Assembly (NCBI RefSeq): GCF_004010195.1
Contig: NC_057752.1
Span: 13,692,104 to 13,754,574, forward strand
Length of the DNA: 62,471 nucleotides
Reading direction: 5' to 3'
DNA from: Chiloscyllium plagiosum
Taxonomy: Eukaryota
Part shown: piece by piece, positions 35,960-48,545 of the stretch
How positions within the stretch are numbered: position 1 is the first letter of the stretch
Layout of the letters: each line of letters begins with the position of its first letter
Translations under genes and position numbers: made by a program
Notes under the pieces: model-generated
Told to the model about the DNA's origin: nothing
What the model saw: only the letters and a program-made list of their open reading frames with translations
Database searches by the model: none

Positions 35960-38090
35960 GTAAGGTAGAGCGGTAGACTCTGTCTACCTAGACTTCAGTA
36001 AAGTCTCTGACAAAGTTCCACATGGCAGACTAATTAGTAAAGTTAGGGTCACATGGGATTCAGGGTGAGCTTGCCAATTGGATACCAAATTGGCTTGATG
36101 CTAGGAGACAGAGGCTGGTGGTGGAGGGTTGTTTCTCAGACTGGAGACCTGTGACCAGCGGTGTTCCACAGGGATCGGTGCTGGGTCCACTGTTCTTTGT
36201 CAGTTATATAAATGATTTGGATGTCAATATAAAAGGCATGGTCAGTATGTTTGGCGATGACACCAAGATTGGTGGTGCAGTGGACAGCGAAGAAGGTTAG
36301 TTAAGATTACAAAGAGATCCTGGTCAATGGGCTGAGGAGTGGCAGATGGAGTTAAATTTGGATAAAAGTGAGGTATTTCATTTTGGTAAAACAAACCAGG
36401 GCAGGACTTATACAGTTAAAAGTAGGGCCTTGGTTAGTGTTGTAGAACAGAGAGATGTTCAGGAACATCATTCTTTGAAGTTTGCGTCACATATACATAG
36501 TTGAAGAGTGTGGTGCTAGAAAAGCACAGTTGGTCAAGCAGTGTCCGAGGAGCAGGAGAATCGACAATTTGAGTATTCCTAATGAAGGGCTTATGCCCGA
36601 AGTGTCGATTCTCCTGCTCCTCGAATGCTGCTTGACCAGCTGTGCTTTTCCAGATGCCAGAGAAATTAGCCCAATAAAGTAGAGATCACAAAACACAGAT
36701 CGAAGTGAAATTAACAAACCATTTGTTGACACAGTGATATTAGGGAGGAGAAATTGACCAAGCTGAAACAGCACAGAAGGTCTGTCCAGGTAACTGAAAC
36801 TCTCTTCCCTGAGTCGAGAATCAAGCCAGTTTTACAGGAATACTGTACCATGATGCTAATTAAAAATAGTCAAAATACAATGGTCTTAATAATCAAGTAA
36901 TCCAGTTACGATGGTGATAATCGCAAAGCCGTTATCAGCAGAACGTTCTGAATGTAGATACAATGTAGCATCCTGTCAGCAGCAATCAGTTCTTAATGGG
37001 ATCAGGAGATTCCAGCTCTCTTTGAGGGTAGGTGAGAATGCCTCGTTCCTTGGCAGTGAGATGTTTTCATTATTTCTCTCCTATGAGCGGGGTATTCTGG
37101 TGCCTCTCCATCTGACCTGTCCTTTGTGTGGCTTTGGTATCACCTGGGGTACAAGGTGATACTGCCCTTAGGGCTTTGGGACAGCTGTGTTGATCTGGTC
37201 CAGGAAGCTTATTGTCAGTTTGTCTTGGGAAGTATATTCCCTGGTCTGCGAGTGACTGTGGTCATGTCTGGTTTCCCTTGTCAGCCTGTTTGGTCAACGC
37301 TGAGGCATTCTGGGTGTTTCTTGTGTGGTTTGGACAGGCTTGATTTCTGTGTTCTGTGTGGCCATGCTGTGGGTAGGCAGGCTGGCAGATCTTTGCCCAC
37401 ACCAGCACCACACTTTTCAACTCTGATCTCCAGCATCTGCAGTCCTCACTTTCCCCTAATCACATATAGACAGGGGGGTTAAGAAGATGTGTAGCATGCT
37501 TGCCTTCATTGCTCAGTCCTTTTGAGTGTAGGAGTTGGCAACGTCATGTTGAGGCTGTACAGGACATTGGTGAGGTCTCGTCTGGAGTATTGCGTCCAGT
37601 TCTGGTCACCCTGTTACAGGAAGGATATTATTAAACTGGAGAGGGTTCAGAAGAGATTTACCAGAATGTTGCCGGGAATGGGGGGACTGAGTTAGAAGGA
37701 GAGGCTGGATAGGCTGGGAGTTTTTTCCCTGGAGCGTAGGAGGCTGAACGGTGACCTTGTAGAGAGTTAAAAATCATGAGGGGTATAGATATGGTGAATG
37801 GCAGGTGGAGGTTTGCAAGGTTAGGGGGCATATTTTTAAGGTGAGAGGAGAGAGATTTAAAACAGATATTGGGGCGTTTTTTTTTTGACACAGAGAGTGG
37901 TTTGTATGTGGAATGAACTTCCAGAGGAAGTGGTGGACGTGGGGACAGTTACAATGTTTAAAAGACATTTGGATCAGGACATGACTAGGAAAGGTTTGGA
38001 GGGGTATGGGCCCGGAGCAGGCAGGTGGGACTAGTTTATGGTTGGCATGGACTGGTTGGGCCGAAGGGTCTGTATCCATGCTGTATAGTT
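35960..38090 (+). mobile_element. CR1/HER1 RT fragment interrupted at about 36500-37460 by a PLE that is itself interrupted by an LTR
   Basis: [22 protein letters not shown]...FGDDTK; tcacatata duplicated at about 36487 and 37460. Confidence 0.88.
36655..37401. mobile_element. Solo LTR (747 bp) inserted in a PLE terminal repeat
   Basis: TG...CA ends, 5-bp flanks CCAGA/CCAGC; removing it restores the PLE sequence cttttccagcaccacac. Confidence 0.7.
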
Positions 38091-38539
38091 ATTTGATCAT
38101 ATCTTCTCTCGATCTCCCTTGCTCCAAGAACAGTCCCATCTTCTCTCTCCCTAACCTTGGAGCTAATATCCCCAATGCCTGGAATCATTCTGGTAAATCT
38201 CCTCTGCACGCCACTCGACCCCACCCCCCAACTTTCTTCCTGGCAACCAAAGGCTGAAACTTTGTTACATTTGTTGGAACAAATCCAAAGGACCTTTTGT
38301 TGATGAACTATGTTGTGTCTGAACTAAGGAATACTTGCTGCTGACTTTAAAACTGTTCCACTCCAAGTCCCGAACTGACCTCTGATGTGACAGCTCTCTC
38401 TTGACCACAGCACTCAGTAAATGTTCAGTAAAAGCTGAGGTTATAGTTATGTCTTCCTTAAGGTGATGCAAGTGTGTGATTTATCTGTATTCATTTCAGA
38501 TATTGAACCGGAGCTGGCAGCATTTGGGTTTTTGTTCTG

Positions 38540-39300
38540 CATGTCTATGAAGAGGTTCAATAATTAGCCTGCAGGATATCTTTCAAAACATCAGGTCAAG
38601 AAGAGACTTGCCTGAAGAGTAATGGGGTTTTATTTCTATTAGAGGAGTTCATGAGCAGACAACCCGTAATGCCATAATGCTTTCAGATAAAAGGTTCAGG
38701 AGGTTTTGTTTGGGCTTAGGTGAGACAGTCACAGTTTCGAATAAAAGCCTTTTTAGTTTCAATGTCTGCAGAAATATTGCCTGAATCTGGATGTCTAAAA
38801 CAGTTGTTCCTGAGGGAAGGAGCTTGTTTAGAGCTGGTAAGAAAGTTGTTGCCTCAACATGAGGAATTTAGTCGAAAAGTTCCAGATCAGAAATGTTTGG
38901 TTGAAACCCTGCAGGGGTTATTTGAAACTGAGAAAGTCTGAGCTCTGCTGTACAAAGGCTGCTGGGAAGAGGCTGTCAGATTCTCAAGACAGGGAATCGA
39001 AGCAACCATCAAATTATAAGCCTCATAGATGTGAAATAGACTGGAGTTCTTCTTGGTCTGAGCACTGTGAAGGAGGATTTTGGGATTCATGGGATAGTAT
39101 TTTACAATCGAGTGTCTCAAAATCTTTAAATTTGTGTTGTACAGTTTTTTTTTTCTATTTTATCCTCATTTCTTTCCCTATAGAAACTTTGTGAAATTTG
39201 GATCTGCAGTGTCACATGTTTGTGTTTTAGTGACCGACGACCTTGTTTAAAACCAAACAAAAAACAGTCACCAATTAAAGTTTATCCGGGAGTAATGTCA
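38540..39300 (+). mobile_element. Possible old LTR remnant
   Basis: General LTR-like composition only; ends not defined. Confidence 0.3.
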
Positions 39301-39707
39301 GCTGGGTTCAAATAATAATGCCTTGGGGAAAATACCAACTTAATGGTCTTAGCAGACAGTGACTGGCAAGCAAGGAAGAGAAATACATTAATTTATTGAT
39401 AATTTTAGGAGCGACAGAATAAGTCAGACAGAAGGAGTAAAGAACATAAAATAGGGTTACGTTGACGTAGCAACTTTTGCAACTCCAGGACATGCCAAAT
39501 TATTTACAATTAATCAAGTAATTTGGGAGTGTAGTCACTGTCGTATTATAGGCAACATGGCAATGGGTTTGTGTACATTAAGCTCCCACACCCAGCAATG
39601 AGATAGACATCTGTCTTTGGGACTGGTGATTCCTCTTGTGGTTTTGACAGGCTGTGCACTTTACGTTGTAGATCAGAAGTGAATCTGATTATTCGTGATC
39701 TCAATGT

Positions 39708-40035
39708 GGGCGGCACGGTGGCACAGTGGTTAGCACTGCTGCCTCACAGCGCCAGAGACCCGGGTTCAATTCCCGACTCAGGCGACTGACTGTGTGGAGT
39801 TTGCACGTTCTCCCCGTGTCTGCGTGGGTTTCCTCCGGGTGCTCCGGTTTCCTCCCACAGTCCAAAGATGTGCAGGTCAGGGTGGATTGGCCGTGCTAAA
39901 TTGCCCGCAGTGTTAGGTGAAGGGGTAAACGTCGGAGTATGGGTCTGGGTGGTATACGCTTCGGCGGGTCGGTGTGGACTTGTTAGGCCGAAGGGCCTGT
40001 TTCCACACTGTAAGTAATCTAAAAAAAAATCTAAA
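39708..40035 (+). mobile_element. Full-length young HE1 SINE
   Basis: gggcggcacggtggcacagtggttagc...ggttcaattcc, CpGs retained, tail aagtaatctaaaaaaaa. Confidence 0.95.
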
Positions 40036-40114
40036 AAATGGTGAGAGAGAGAGAGAGAGTGGCCTGGATCCTAGGGAGAAATAGCCCCCTCTTCAAAATA
40101 GTGCCGTGGGGTCT

Positions 40115-40915
40115 TTGGTTAGGCCCCTTTTTGGAATACTGTGTTTAGTTCTAGTCTCCCTGCTATAGGAAAGATGTTGTGAAAATTGAAAAGGGTTCAG
40201 AAAAGATTTACAAGGATGTTGCCAGGGTTGGAGGGTTTGAGCTACAGGAAGAAGCTGAATAGGCTGGGGCTGTTTTCCCTGGAGCGTCAGAGGCTGAGGG
40301 GTGAGCTTATAGAGGTTTATAAAATCATGAGGGGCATGGATAGAGTAAATAGACAAGGTCTTTTCCCCAGAGTAGGTGAGTCCAAGGGAGGGGAAAGTGA
40401 GGACTGCAGATGCTGGAGATCAGAGCTAAAAATGTGTTGCTGGAAAAGCGCAGCAGGTCAGGCAGCATCCAAGGAGCAGGAGAATCGATGTTTCAGGCAT
40501 GAGCCCTTCTTCAGCCCTTCTTCCTGAAGAAGGGCTCATGCCCGAAACATCGATTCTCCTGCTCCTTGGATGCTGCCTGACCTGCTGCACTTTTCCAGCA
40601 ACACATTTTCAGCTCCGAGTCCAAGGGAGGCACAGGTTTAAGGTAAGAGGGGAAAGATTTAAAAGGGACCTGAGGGGCAATGTTTTTACGCAGAGGGTGG
40701 TACGTGTATGGAATGAGCTGCCAGAGGAAGTGGTGGAGGCTGGTACAATTACAACATTTAAAAGGCTTCTGGATAGTAACATGAATAGGAAGGGTTTGGA
40801 GGGGATATTGGCCAAGTGCTGGCAAATGGGACTACATTGGGTTAGGATATCTGGTCGGCATGGACGAGTTTGACTGAAGGGTCTGTTTCCATGCTGTACA
40901 TCTCTACGACTCTAT
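40115..40915 (+). mobile_element. CR1/HER1 3' fragment containing a palindromic PLE insert
   Basis: KRVQKRFTRMLPGLEGLSY...; insert at 40392-40616. Confidence 0.92.
40392..40616. mobile_element. Palindromic PLE terminal-repeat insert with a hammerhead motif on each strand
   Basis: About 95-bp inverted arms; perfect 14-bp TSD GAGTCCAAGGGAGG (40378-40391 / 40617-40630). Confidence 0.9.
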
Positions 40916-40919
40916 TTAA

Positions 40920-41212
40920 TAGAATCCATACAGTGTGGAAACAGACCATTTAGCCCAGCACGTCCACACCAACCCTCTGAAGAGCACAGACCCATTCCCC
41001 GACATTCTTACTTTACATTTTTCCTTGACTAATCCACCTAACCTACACATCCCTTGATAGTCTAGGCAATTTAGCACGGCCAATCCATACTAACCTGCAC
41101 ATCTGTGGATTGTGGGAGCACCCAGAGGAAACCCACACAGACAGTCGCCCAAGGCTGGAATCAAACCCGGGTGCCTGGCGCCGTGAGGTAACAGTGCTAA
41201 CCGCTGAGCCAC
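40920..41212 (-). mobile_element. HE1 SINE
   Basis: Reverse-complement head and tail. Confidence 0.85.
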
Positions 41213-41581
41213 CTATTGTGCTGTAAGAATGAGAGAACAACATTGTTGCTTCTTTTGGTGTTTGAGAAAAGGTGATTATTAAATGCTTCAAAATTCCGTG
41301 GATGAATGGAAAAATTCAAAACAAACTGAACTTGAGGACAAGGGGCATATAGAGATAGAAGGTAATGAGAAGGTTTGAGTTAAGAGCATGAGGAAGATGA
41401 AGGAGTGATGGCAGACTGAAGGGAAACAGAAAGTGGATAAGGAGCGTGTGCCATAGATATGACAATCAAAGGGAATTACTAGATGTGTCGGGGGACCCTT
41501 GAGGAGAGAGAGAGAGTTAGTCGAGGAGAAGGGGAAATGAGCAGATATGTGCAACAAATCTCTTACTAGAATGTCTGCTTT

Positions 41582-41710
41582 CGTTCTGAGAAAAGAGCCA
41601 TTTGGGCTTGAAACACTAACTCCGTCTGTCTGTCTCTCTCTCTGTGTCTGTCTCTCCACAGACACTGCCAGGACCTGCTGTGGTTCTCCAGCACTTTCTG
41701 TTTTGATTAC
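41582..41710 (+). mobile_element. Old PLE terminal-repeat remnant (family C-like)
   Basis: ttctgagaaagagcc...ggcttgaaacactaactc...gacctgctg..ttctccagcactttctgtttt, similar to reverse complement of 53620-53745. Confidence 0.55.
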
Positions 41711-42099
41711 CTGTGAGGATATATGTTGATCATTAGTCATCAGGCAAATCACAATCTCAGCCCCTGTGATGTACTGGCTGTGAAACTATTGAAATGAAAA
41801 ATACATTGAGAATCTGGCAGTTTGAAGTGATTCTGAGCCCTTTATGAATGACGTAGCAGTAATACTATTCCTCTATGTCACTGGAGAGTGAGCAGCATCA
41901 GTGAATCAGAAATTTCAATATTCTCCATGTCAAATTATTAATTTTTTTCGGTTGGTTTTATTTGCAAGGCTGGGGAGTTATAGCTTGTTAACTGTGTATT
42001 TTTAAATATTAAAATGTCAAAATAAGAAATATTAAATTTTAAATATTAAAATGTATCTGCTTAGCATCTCTAACTTTATTTCCACTTAATGGGGTAAAA

Positions 42100-42515
42100 C
42101 ATAGAACGCTACAGTGCAGTACAGGCCCTTCAGCCCTCGATGTTGTGCTAACCTGCAAAACTAATCTGATGCCCATCTAACCTACACTGTTCCATTATTA
42201 TCCATGTGTATGTCCAATGCCCATTTAAATGTCCTTAACATCACTGAGTCTACAACAATTGCAGGCCGGCCGTTCCATGCCCCTACTACTCTCTTGAGTA
42301 AAGAAACAGCCTCTGATATCTGTCCTATATCTGTCACCCTTCAATTTAAAGCTATGTCCCCTCATGTTAGCCTACACCATCCGAGGAAAAAAGCTGTCAC
42401 TGTCCACCTTACTTAACGCTCTGATTATCTTATACATCTCCATTGAGTGACCTCCTTCTCTCTAATGAAAACAGCCTCAGTTCCCTCAGCCTTTCCTCGT
42501 AGGACCTTCCTTCAA
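42100..42515 (-). mobile_element. CR1 3' end
   Basis: Reverse complement of the 20030-20430 subfamily 3' end. Confidence 0.85.
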
Positions 42516-43539
42516 TATTCCAGATGGAGGTGAAACTCATTTTGTTGAGGATATAATTTTCTCACTTATTGGGTTCAAAATGCTCTTTTTGGCCCCTTTA
42601 GCCAACATGTTCTCAGGTGCAACTTGCTTTCACCAGTCAGTTGATGATAATGTGGTCTGGAACCTCAGTGAAAGACTGCAAGTCAATCTCCTTCACAGAC
42701 GAGAATGAAGGATTGGGGGAAAAAAGCAGAGAGATGACAGAAAGTGATCAAATCAAGTATACATGAGAGATGAAAACAAATATTGGATTGAGAGCGAGAA
42801 ATGGAGACAAAGAGAAGGAAAAAAAGGGGGGTTGAAATGTTAAATGTAAGAACAATCTAAGACGTGTCAAAATGAGATTGAACAGTATCACTTACTTGTT
42901 CCTCTCCTGACTGCACAGACTGATTGGCGTTGGATAGAAAATTTGTTTTAAAAAGATACTTGCGCTGCGAATTGCCAGACCTAATTTTCTGCAGTGAGTT
43001 GGAATGACAGTCACTGTTCTTAAAAATAACAGCAAGGCTAAGAGCAAGCCTGAGACAAGTGGCAGAGGGCTTTACGTTGGCGAACACATTCAGGAGATTG
43101 GAGAGCCATAAGCTGTCTCTCACTCTCCTAAATGTGCTGGCTGATTTGCACATCTATAGTGTTGTGTATCATGAAACTGCTGTTATTTTCCCAGCCGTGT
43201 GCAACCCATACAGATAGGATCCAAAGAACTGACTCATATCTGTACCATCTGTGATTTAGTCAAACCATCTCCATGCTGGGATATTTTTTGTATTCATTTA
43301 ACTTTGGAAAATGTCCGTCTACAATTACAAACTCCTGGTGTGTGATGGAATCCGATGCATCTTCTGTAGAATTGCAGTCATGAATTAGTTACACAGACAC
43401 AGACACACGAAATTGTTGGCCATTATGATGGGAGTTGGTGCAATGGGTTCACAAACAGTTTTCTCCCTGCTAAGACCCGTGTTCACATCCACCAAGGATC
43501 CATGCGATGTACCATTGCTCTTTGCTGAATTGAACTTAA

Positions 43540-46500
43540 CACCTTGAGGGAGGGGAATTCCAGGATTCTGTCCCAGTGACACTGAAGGAACGGCGTTAGA
43601 TTTCAAAGTCAGGATGGTGAGGGGCTCGGAGGGGAACTTGCAGGGGGTGGTGTTCCCACGTATCTGCTGCCCTTGTCCTTCTAGATGGAAGTGGTAGTGG
43701 TTTTGGAAGGTGCTGCCTGAGGGTCTTTGGTGAATTCCTGCAGTGCATCTTGTAGATGGTACACACTGCTGCTACTGAGCGTCAGTGGGGGGAGGGAGTG
43801 GATGTTTGTGGATGTGGGGCCAATCAAGTGGCTGCTTTGTCCTGGATGGTGTCGGGCTTCTTGAGTGTTGTTGGAGCTGCCCCCATCCAGGGGCAAGTGG
43901 GGAGTATTCCATCACCCTCCTGACTTGTGCCTTGTAGATGGTGGGACAGGCTTCAGGGAGTCAGGAGGGGAGTTACTCGCTGCAGGATTCCGAGCTCCTG
44001 ACCTGCTCCTGTACCCACTGTGCTTATGTGGTGAGTCCAGTTGAGTTTCTGGTCAATGGTAACCCCCAGGATGTTGAATGTGGTGATTCAGTGACGGTAA
44101 CACCGCTGAATGTCAAGGGGTGATAGTTAGATTCTGTCTTGTTAGAGATGGTCAGAGCCTGGCACTTGTATGGTGCTTGTAAGCCCAAGCCTGGATATTG
44201 ACCAGATCTTACTGTATTTGGACATGAACTGCTTCAGTATCTGAGGAGTCACGAATGGTGCTGGACACTGTGCAATCATCAGCGAACATCCCCCACTTCT
44301 GACCTTATGATGGAGGGAAGGTCATTTTGTTGGAGCTGCCCCCATCCAGGGGCAAGTGGGGAGTATTCCATCACCCTCCTGACTTGTGCCTTGTAGATGG
44401 TGGGACAGGCTTCAGGGAGTCAGGAGAGGAGTTACTCGCTGCAGGATTCCGAGCTCCTGACCTGCTCCTGTACACACTGTGCTTATGTGGTGAGTCCAGT
44501 TGAGTTTCTGATCAATCGTAATCCCCCCAGGATGTTGAATGTGGTGATTCAGTGACGGTAACACCGCTGAATGTCAAGGGGTGATAGTTAGATTCTGTCT
44601 TGTTCGAGATGGTCAGAGCCTGGCACTTGTATGGTGCTTGTAAGCCCAAGCCTGGATATTGACCAGATCTTACTGTATTTGGACATGAACTGCTTCAGTA
44701 TCTGAGGAGTCACGAATGGTGCTGGACACTGTGCAATCATCAGCGAACATCCCCCACTTCTGACCTTATGATGGAGGGAAGGTCATTGATGAAGCAGCTG
44801 AAGATGGTTGGGCCCAGGACACTACCCTGAGGAGCTCCTGCAGAGGTGTCCTGGGGCTGAGATGACTGACCTCCACCAACCACAACCATCTTCCTGCGTG
44901 CAAGGCTGTAATGAGGTCAGGAGCTGTGTGACCCTGGTGGGACCCAAACTGGGTGTCACTGAGCAGGGTATTGCTGAGCAGGTGCTGCTTGATAGCCCTG
45001 TTGGTGACACCTTCCATCACTTTCCTGATGATCGAGAGGAGACCGATGGGGCGGTAATTGGCCGGGTGGGATTTGTCCAGTCGGGCAATTTTCCACATTG
45101 TCGGGTAGATGCCAGTGTTGTAACTGTACTGGAACAGCTTGGCTCAGGGGAGCAGCAGGTTCTGGAGCACAGGTCTTCAGTCCTATTGCTGGAATGTTGT
45201 CAGGGCCCATAGCCTTTGCAGAATTCAGTGTCTCCAACCGTTTCTTGATATCACGTGGAGTGAATCGGATTGGCTGAAGACTGGGATCTGTGATGCTGGG
45301 GATCACTGGAGGAGGCTGAGATGGATCATTCGCTCAGCACTTCTGGCTGAAGATTGCTGTGAAAGCTTCAGCCTGACCTTTTGCCCTGATGTGCTGGGCT
45401 CCTCCATCATTGAGGACGGGGATATTTGTGGGGGCTCCTCCTCCAGTGAGTTGTTTAATCCCCCCACCACCATTCACGACTGGATGTGGCAGCACTGCAG
45501 AGCTTAGATCTGATCCAGTGATTGTGGGATCATTTAGCTCTGTCTCTCACTTGCTGCTTCTGCTGTTTGGCGTGCAAGTAATCCTGTTTGGTGGCTTCAC
45601 CAGGTTAACATCTCATCTTCAGGAATGCCTAGTGCTGCTCCTGCCATGCCCTCCTGCACTCTCCATTGAACCAGGGTTGATCCCCTGGCTTGATGGTAAT
45701 GGTTGAGTGGGGGATATGCCGGGCCATGAGGTTACAGATTGTGCTGGAGTACAGTTCTCCTGCTGCTGATGGCCCACAGTGCCTCATGGATGCCCAGTCA
45801 TGACTTGCTAGAACTGTTTGAAGTTCGGCACGGTGGTAGTGCCACACAATGCGATGGAGGGTATTCTCAGTGTGAAGGTGGGACTTTGTCTCCACAAGGA
45901 CTGTGTGGTGGTCACTCTTACCGATACTGTCACGGACAGATACATCTGCAGCTGGCAGATTGGTAAGGATGAGGTTGAGTATGTTTTTCCCTCTTGTTGG
46001 TTCCCCCACCACCTGCCGCAGACCCAGGGTAGCAGCTATGTCCTTTAGGACCTGACCAGCTCGATCAGTAATACTGCTGCTGAGCCACTCTTGGTGGTGG
46101 ACATTGAGATCCCCCACCCAGGGTACATTCTGTGACCTTGCCACCCTCAGTGCTTCCTCTAGGTGTTGTTCAACACGGACGAGTACCGATTCATCAGCCG
46201 AGGGAGGGTGGTACGTGAGAATCAGCAGGAGGGTTCCTTGGCCAGGTTTAACCTGAAGCCATGAGACTTCATGGGGCCCAGAGTCAATGTTGAAGACTCC
46301 CAGAGTAACTCCCTCCCGACTGTATCCCACTGTGTCCCCACCTCAGCTGGGTCTGTCCTGCCGGTGGGACAGGATGTACCCAGGGATGGTGATGGTGGTG
46401 CCTGGGACATTGTCTGGAAGGTATGATTCTGTGAGTAGGACTATGCCAGGCTGTTGTTGGAGTAGTCTGTGAGACAGCTCTCCCAATGTTGGCACCAGGC

Positions 46501-46567
46501 CCCAGGTGTTAGTGAGGAGGGTCGACAGGGCTGTTTCTGCCGTGGTCTTTTCCGGTGACGAGGTCAA
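43540..46567 (-). mobile_element. Long decayed CR1/L2-type LINE (APE plus RT), putative partner of SacSINE1, with a 460-bp internal tandem duplication
   Basis: APE: LLTESYL, TYHPPSAD, WVGDLNVHH, EPTRGKNILNLILTN, IGKSDHHTV; RT: KAMGPDNIP, PANYRPIGLLSI. Confidence 0.9.
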
Positions 46568-46794
46568 CGTCCGGTTTCAATCCCGGGAGTGTTTTTGCTG
46601 CTGACGCTGAGAGCCAGAGACTTGGGAAATATTCCACACGGTGGAGCCTGACTCGCAACGTTTTTCGGAGGTGAAAGGAGCACCGTCTCCACACAATCTT
46701 TTCTTGCCTTTTGGAAAGGTGAAGGTATGACAGTGAATGGCTAGCATTCTGAGCAGTGAAATCTCCGGCTGGTGTCCAGGAATGATGATGTGAT

Positions 46795-47097
46795 TTGATT
46801 AGATTAGATTACTTACTGTGTGGAAACAGGCCCTTCGGCCCAACAAGCCCACACCGCCCCGCCGAAGCGCAACCCACCCATACCCGTACATTTACCCCTC
46901 ACCTAACACTACGGGCAATTTAGCATGGCCAATTCACCTAACCTGCACATCTTTGGACTGTGGGAGGAAACCGGAGCACCCGGAGGAAACCCACGCAGAA
47001 CGTGCAAACTCCACACAGTCAGTCGCCTGAGGCGGGAATTGAACCCGGATCTCCGGCGCTGTGAGGCAGCAGTGCTAACCACTGTGCCACCGTGCCG
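46795..47097 (-). mobile_element. Young HE1 SINE
   Basis: Reverse complement of the 39708 subfamily. Confidence 0.93.
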
Positions 47098-47287
47098 TGG
47101 TTTGTTGATGTTACACGTGATGAAAGGCTTTCCACCTGAGACAGGATGTTCTGGATCGTACATTGTGATTGGTTGAGGAGCATGCCAACTCAGCCTCTCC
47201 TTGTCTATTGTTTGAATTTCTATTGTCCCACCTCTTTGACTCCATTTGTTGATGGTTCCAACTCAAACTAACCTGTATCCTACCTGG

Positions 47288-47445
47288 TGTGGAGGTGCCG
47301 GTGTTGGACTGGGCTGGACAAAGTTTAAAAATCACACAACACCAGGTTATAGTCCGACAGGTTTATTTGGAGATAACCTGGCAGGACAGCTTCCAAGTAG
47401 ACCTGTTGGACTATAACCTGGTGTTGTGTGATTTTTTTTTTTAAC
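47288..47445. mobile_element. Palindromic PLE insert (family B)
   Basis: Inverted arms aaaaatcacacaacaccaggttatagtcc / ggactataacctggtgttgtgtgattttt; tgt(a/t)tcctacctggt duplicated on the flanks. Confidence 0.8.
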
Positions 47446-47564
47446 TGTTTCCTACCTGGTATGATGTTCCTGCAATTTATGGCCGCTCCTGAAAAGAAGA
47501 GGGGACGTTTCCAGGTTTTCTGGACACGAGGGAGCCCAGCAAAGCACAGACTGAAAGATAAAAT

Positions 47565-48545
47565 TCTGAGAGTCATGCAGCACGGAAACAGACCCTTCGG
47601 CCCAACGCGTCTATGCCGACCATAATCCCAAAGTAGACCTGCCTGCTCCTGGCCCATCTCACTCCAAACCTTTCCTATTCCTGCACTTATCCAAATATCT
47701 TTTAAATGCTGTAACTCAGGAAGCTCATTCCACACACCAACCAGTCTCTGAGTAAAATAAAATTGACCCTCCATGTCTGTTTTAAATCTTTCTCTTCTCA
47801 CCTTAAAATCTCTGCCCCCTATCTCCGAAACCTCCTCGGGTAAAGACACCTTCCATTCACCTTATCTGTACCCCTCGTGATTTTATAAACCTCCATAAAC
47901 CTCCTATGAAAAAAAGTCCCAGCCCCTCCCTATAACTCAAACCCTCCATTCCCTGCAGCATCCTGGTAAATCTCTTCTGAATCCTCACCAGCTTAATAAT
48001 ATCTGTGGGTTGACACGGTGGCTCAGTGGTGAGCATTGTTGCCTCACGGCGCCAAAGACCTGGGTTCGATTCCAGCCGCAGGCGACTGTCTGTGTGGAGT
48101 TTGCACATTCTCCCTGTGTCTGCGTGGGTTTCCTGCAGGTGCTCCGGTTTCCTCCCACAGTCCAAAGATGTGCAGGTTAGGGTGGATTGGCCATGCTAAA
48201 TTGTCCCATAGTGCCCAGAGATGTGCAGGTTAGGTGCATTAGTCTGTGGTAAATGTAGAGTAGCAGGGGAATGGGTCTGTGTGGGTTAGTCTTCAGAGAG
48301 TTGGTGTGGACTTGTTGGGTCAAAGGGCCTGTTTCCACACTGTGGGGATTCTATCTTCTATCTATTCTATCTATGACCGGGAGGCCGGAACTGGACACAG
48401 TACTCCAGAAATGGCCTCACCAATGTCCTGTACAACCTCAACATGACATTCCCACTCCTATACTCAGAGGACTGAGCAATGAAGGCAAGCATGCTAAACA
48501 CCTTTCTATATGTGATACAAACTTCAAAGAATTGTATACCTGAGA
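47565..48545 (-). mobile_element. CR1 3' fragment split by a plus-strand HE1 SINE (48008-48372)
   Basis: IIKLVRIQKRFTRMLQGMEGLSYREGLGL on one side, CR1 continues past the SINE tail. Confidence 0.85.

Noticed and set aside
39708..39785. tRNA genes
   Set aside because: A/B boxes belong to tRNA-derived SINE heads that continue into SINE bodies; no cloverleaf with terminator is evident.
45629..46330. 233-aa ORF as a domesticated endonuclease
   Set aside because: Flanked by frameshifted parts of the same LINE ORF2; no sign of selective preservation.
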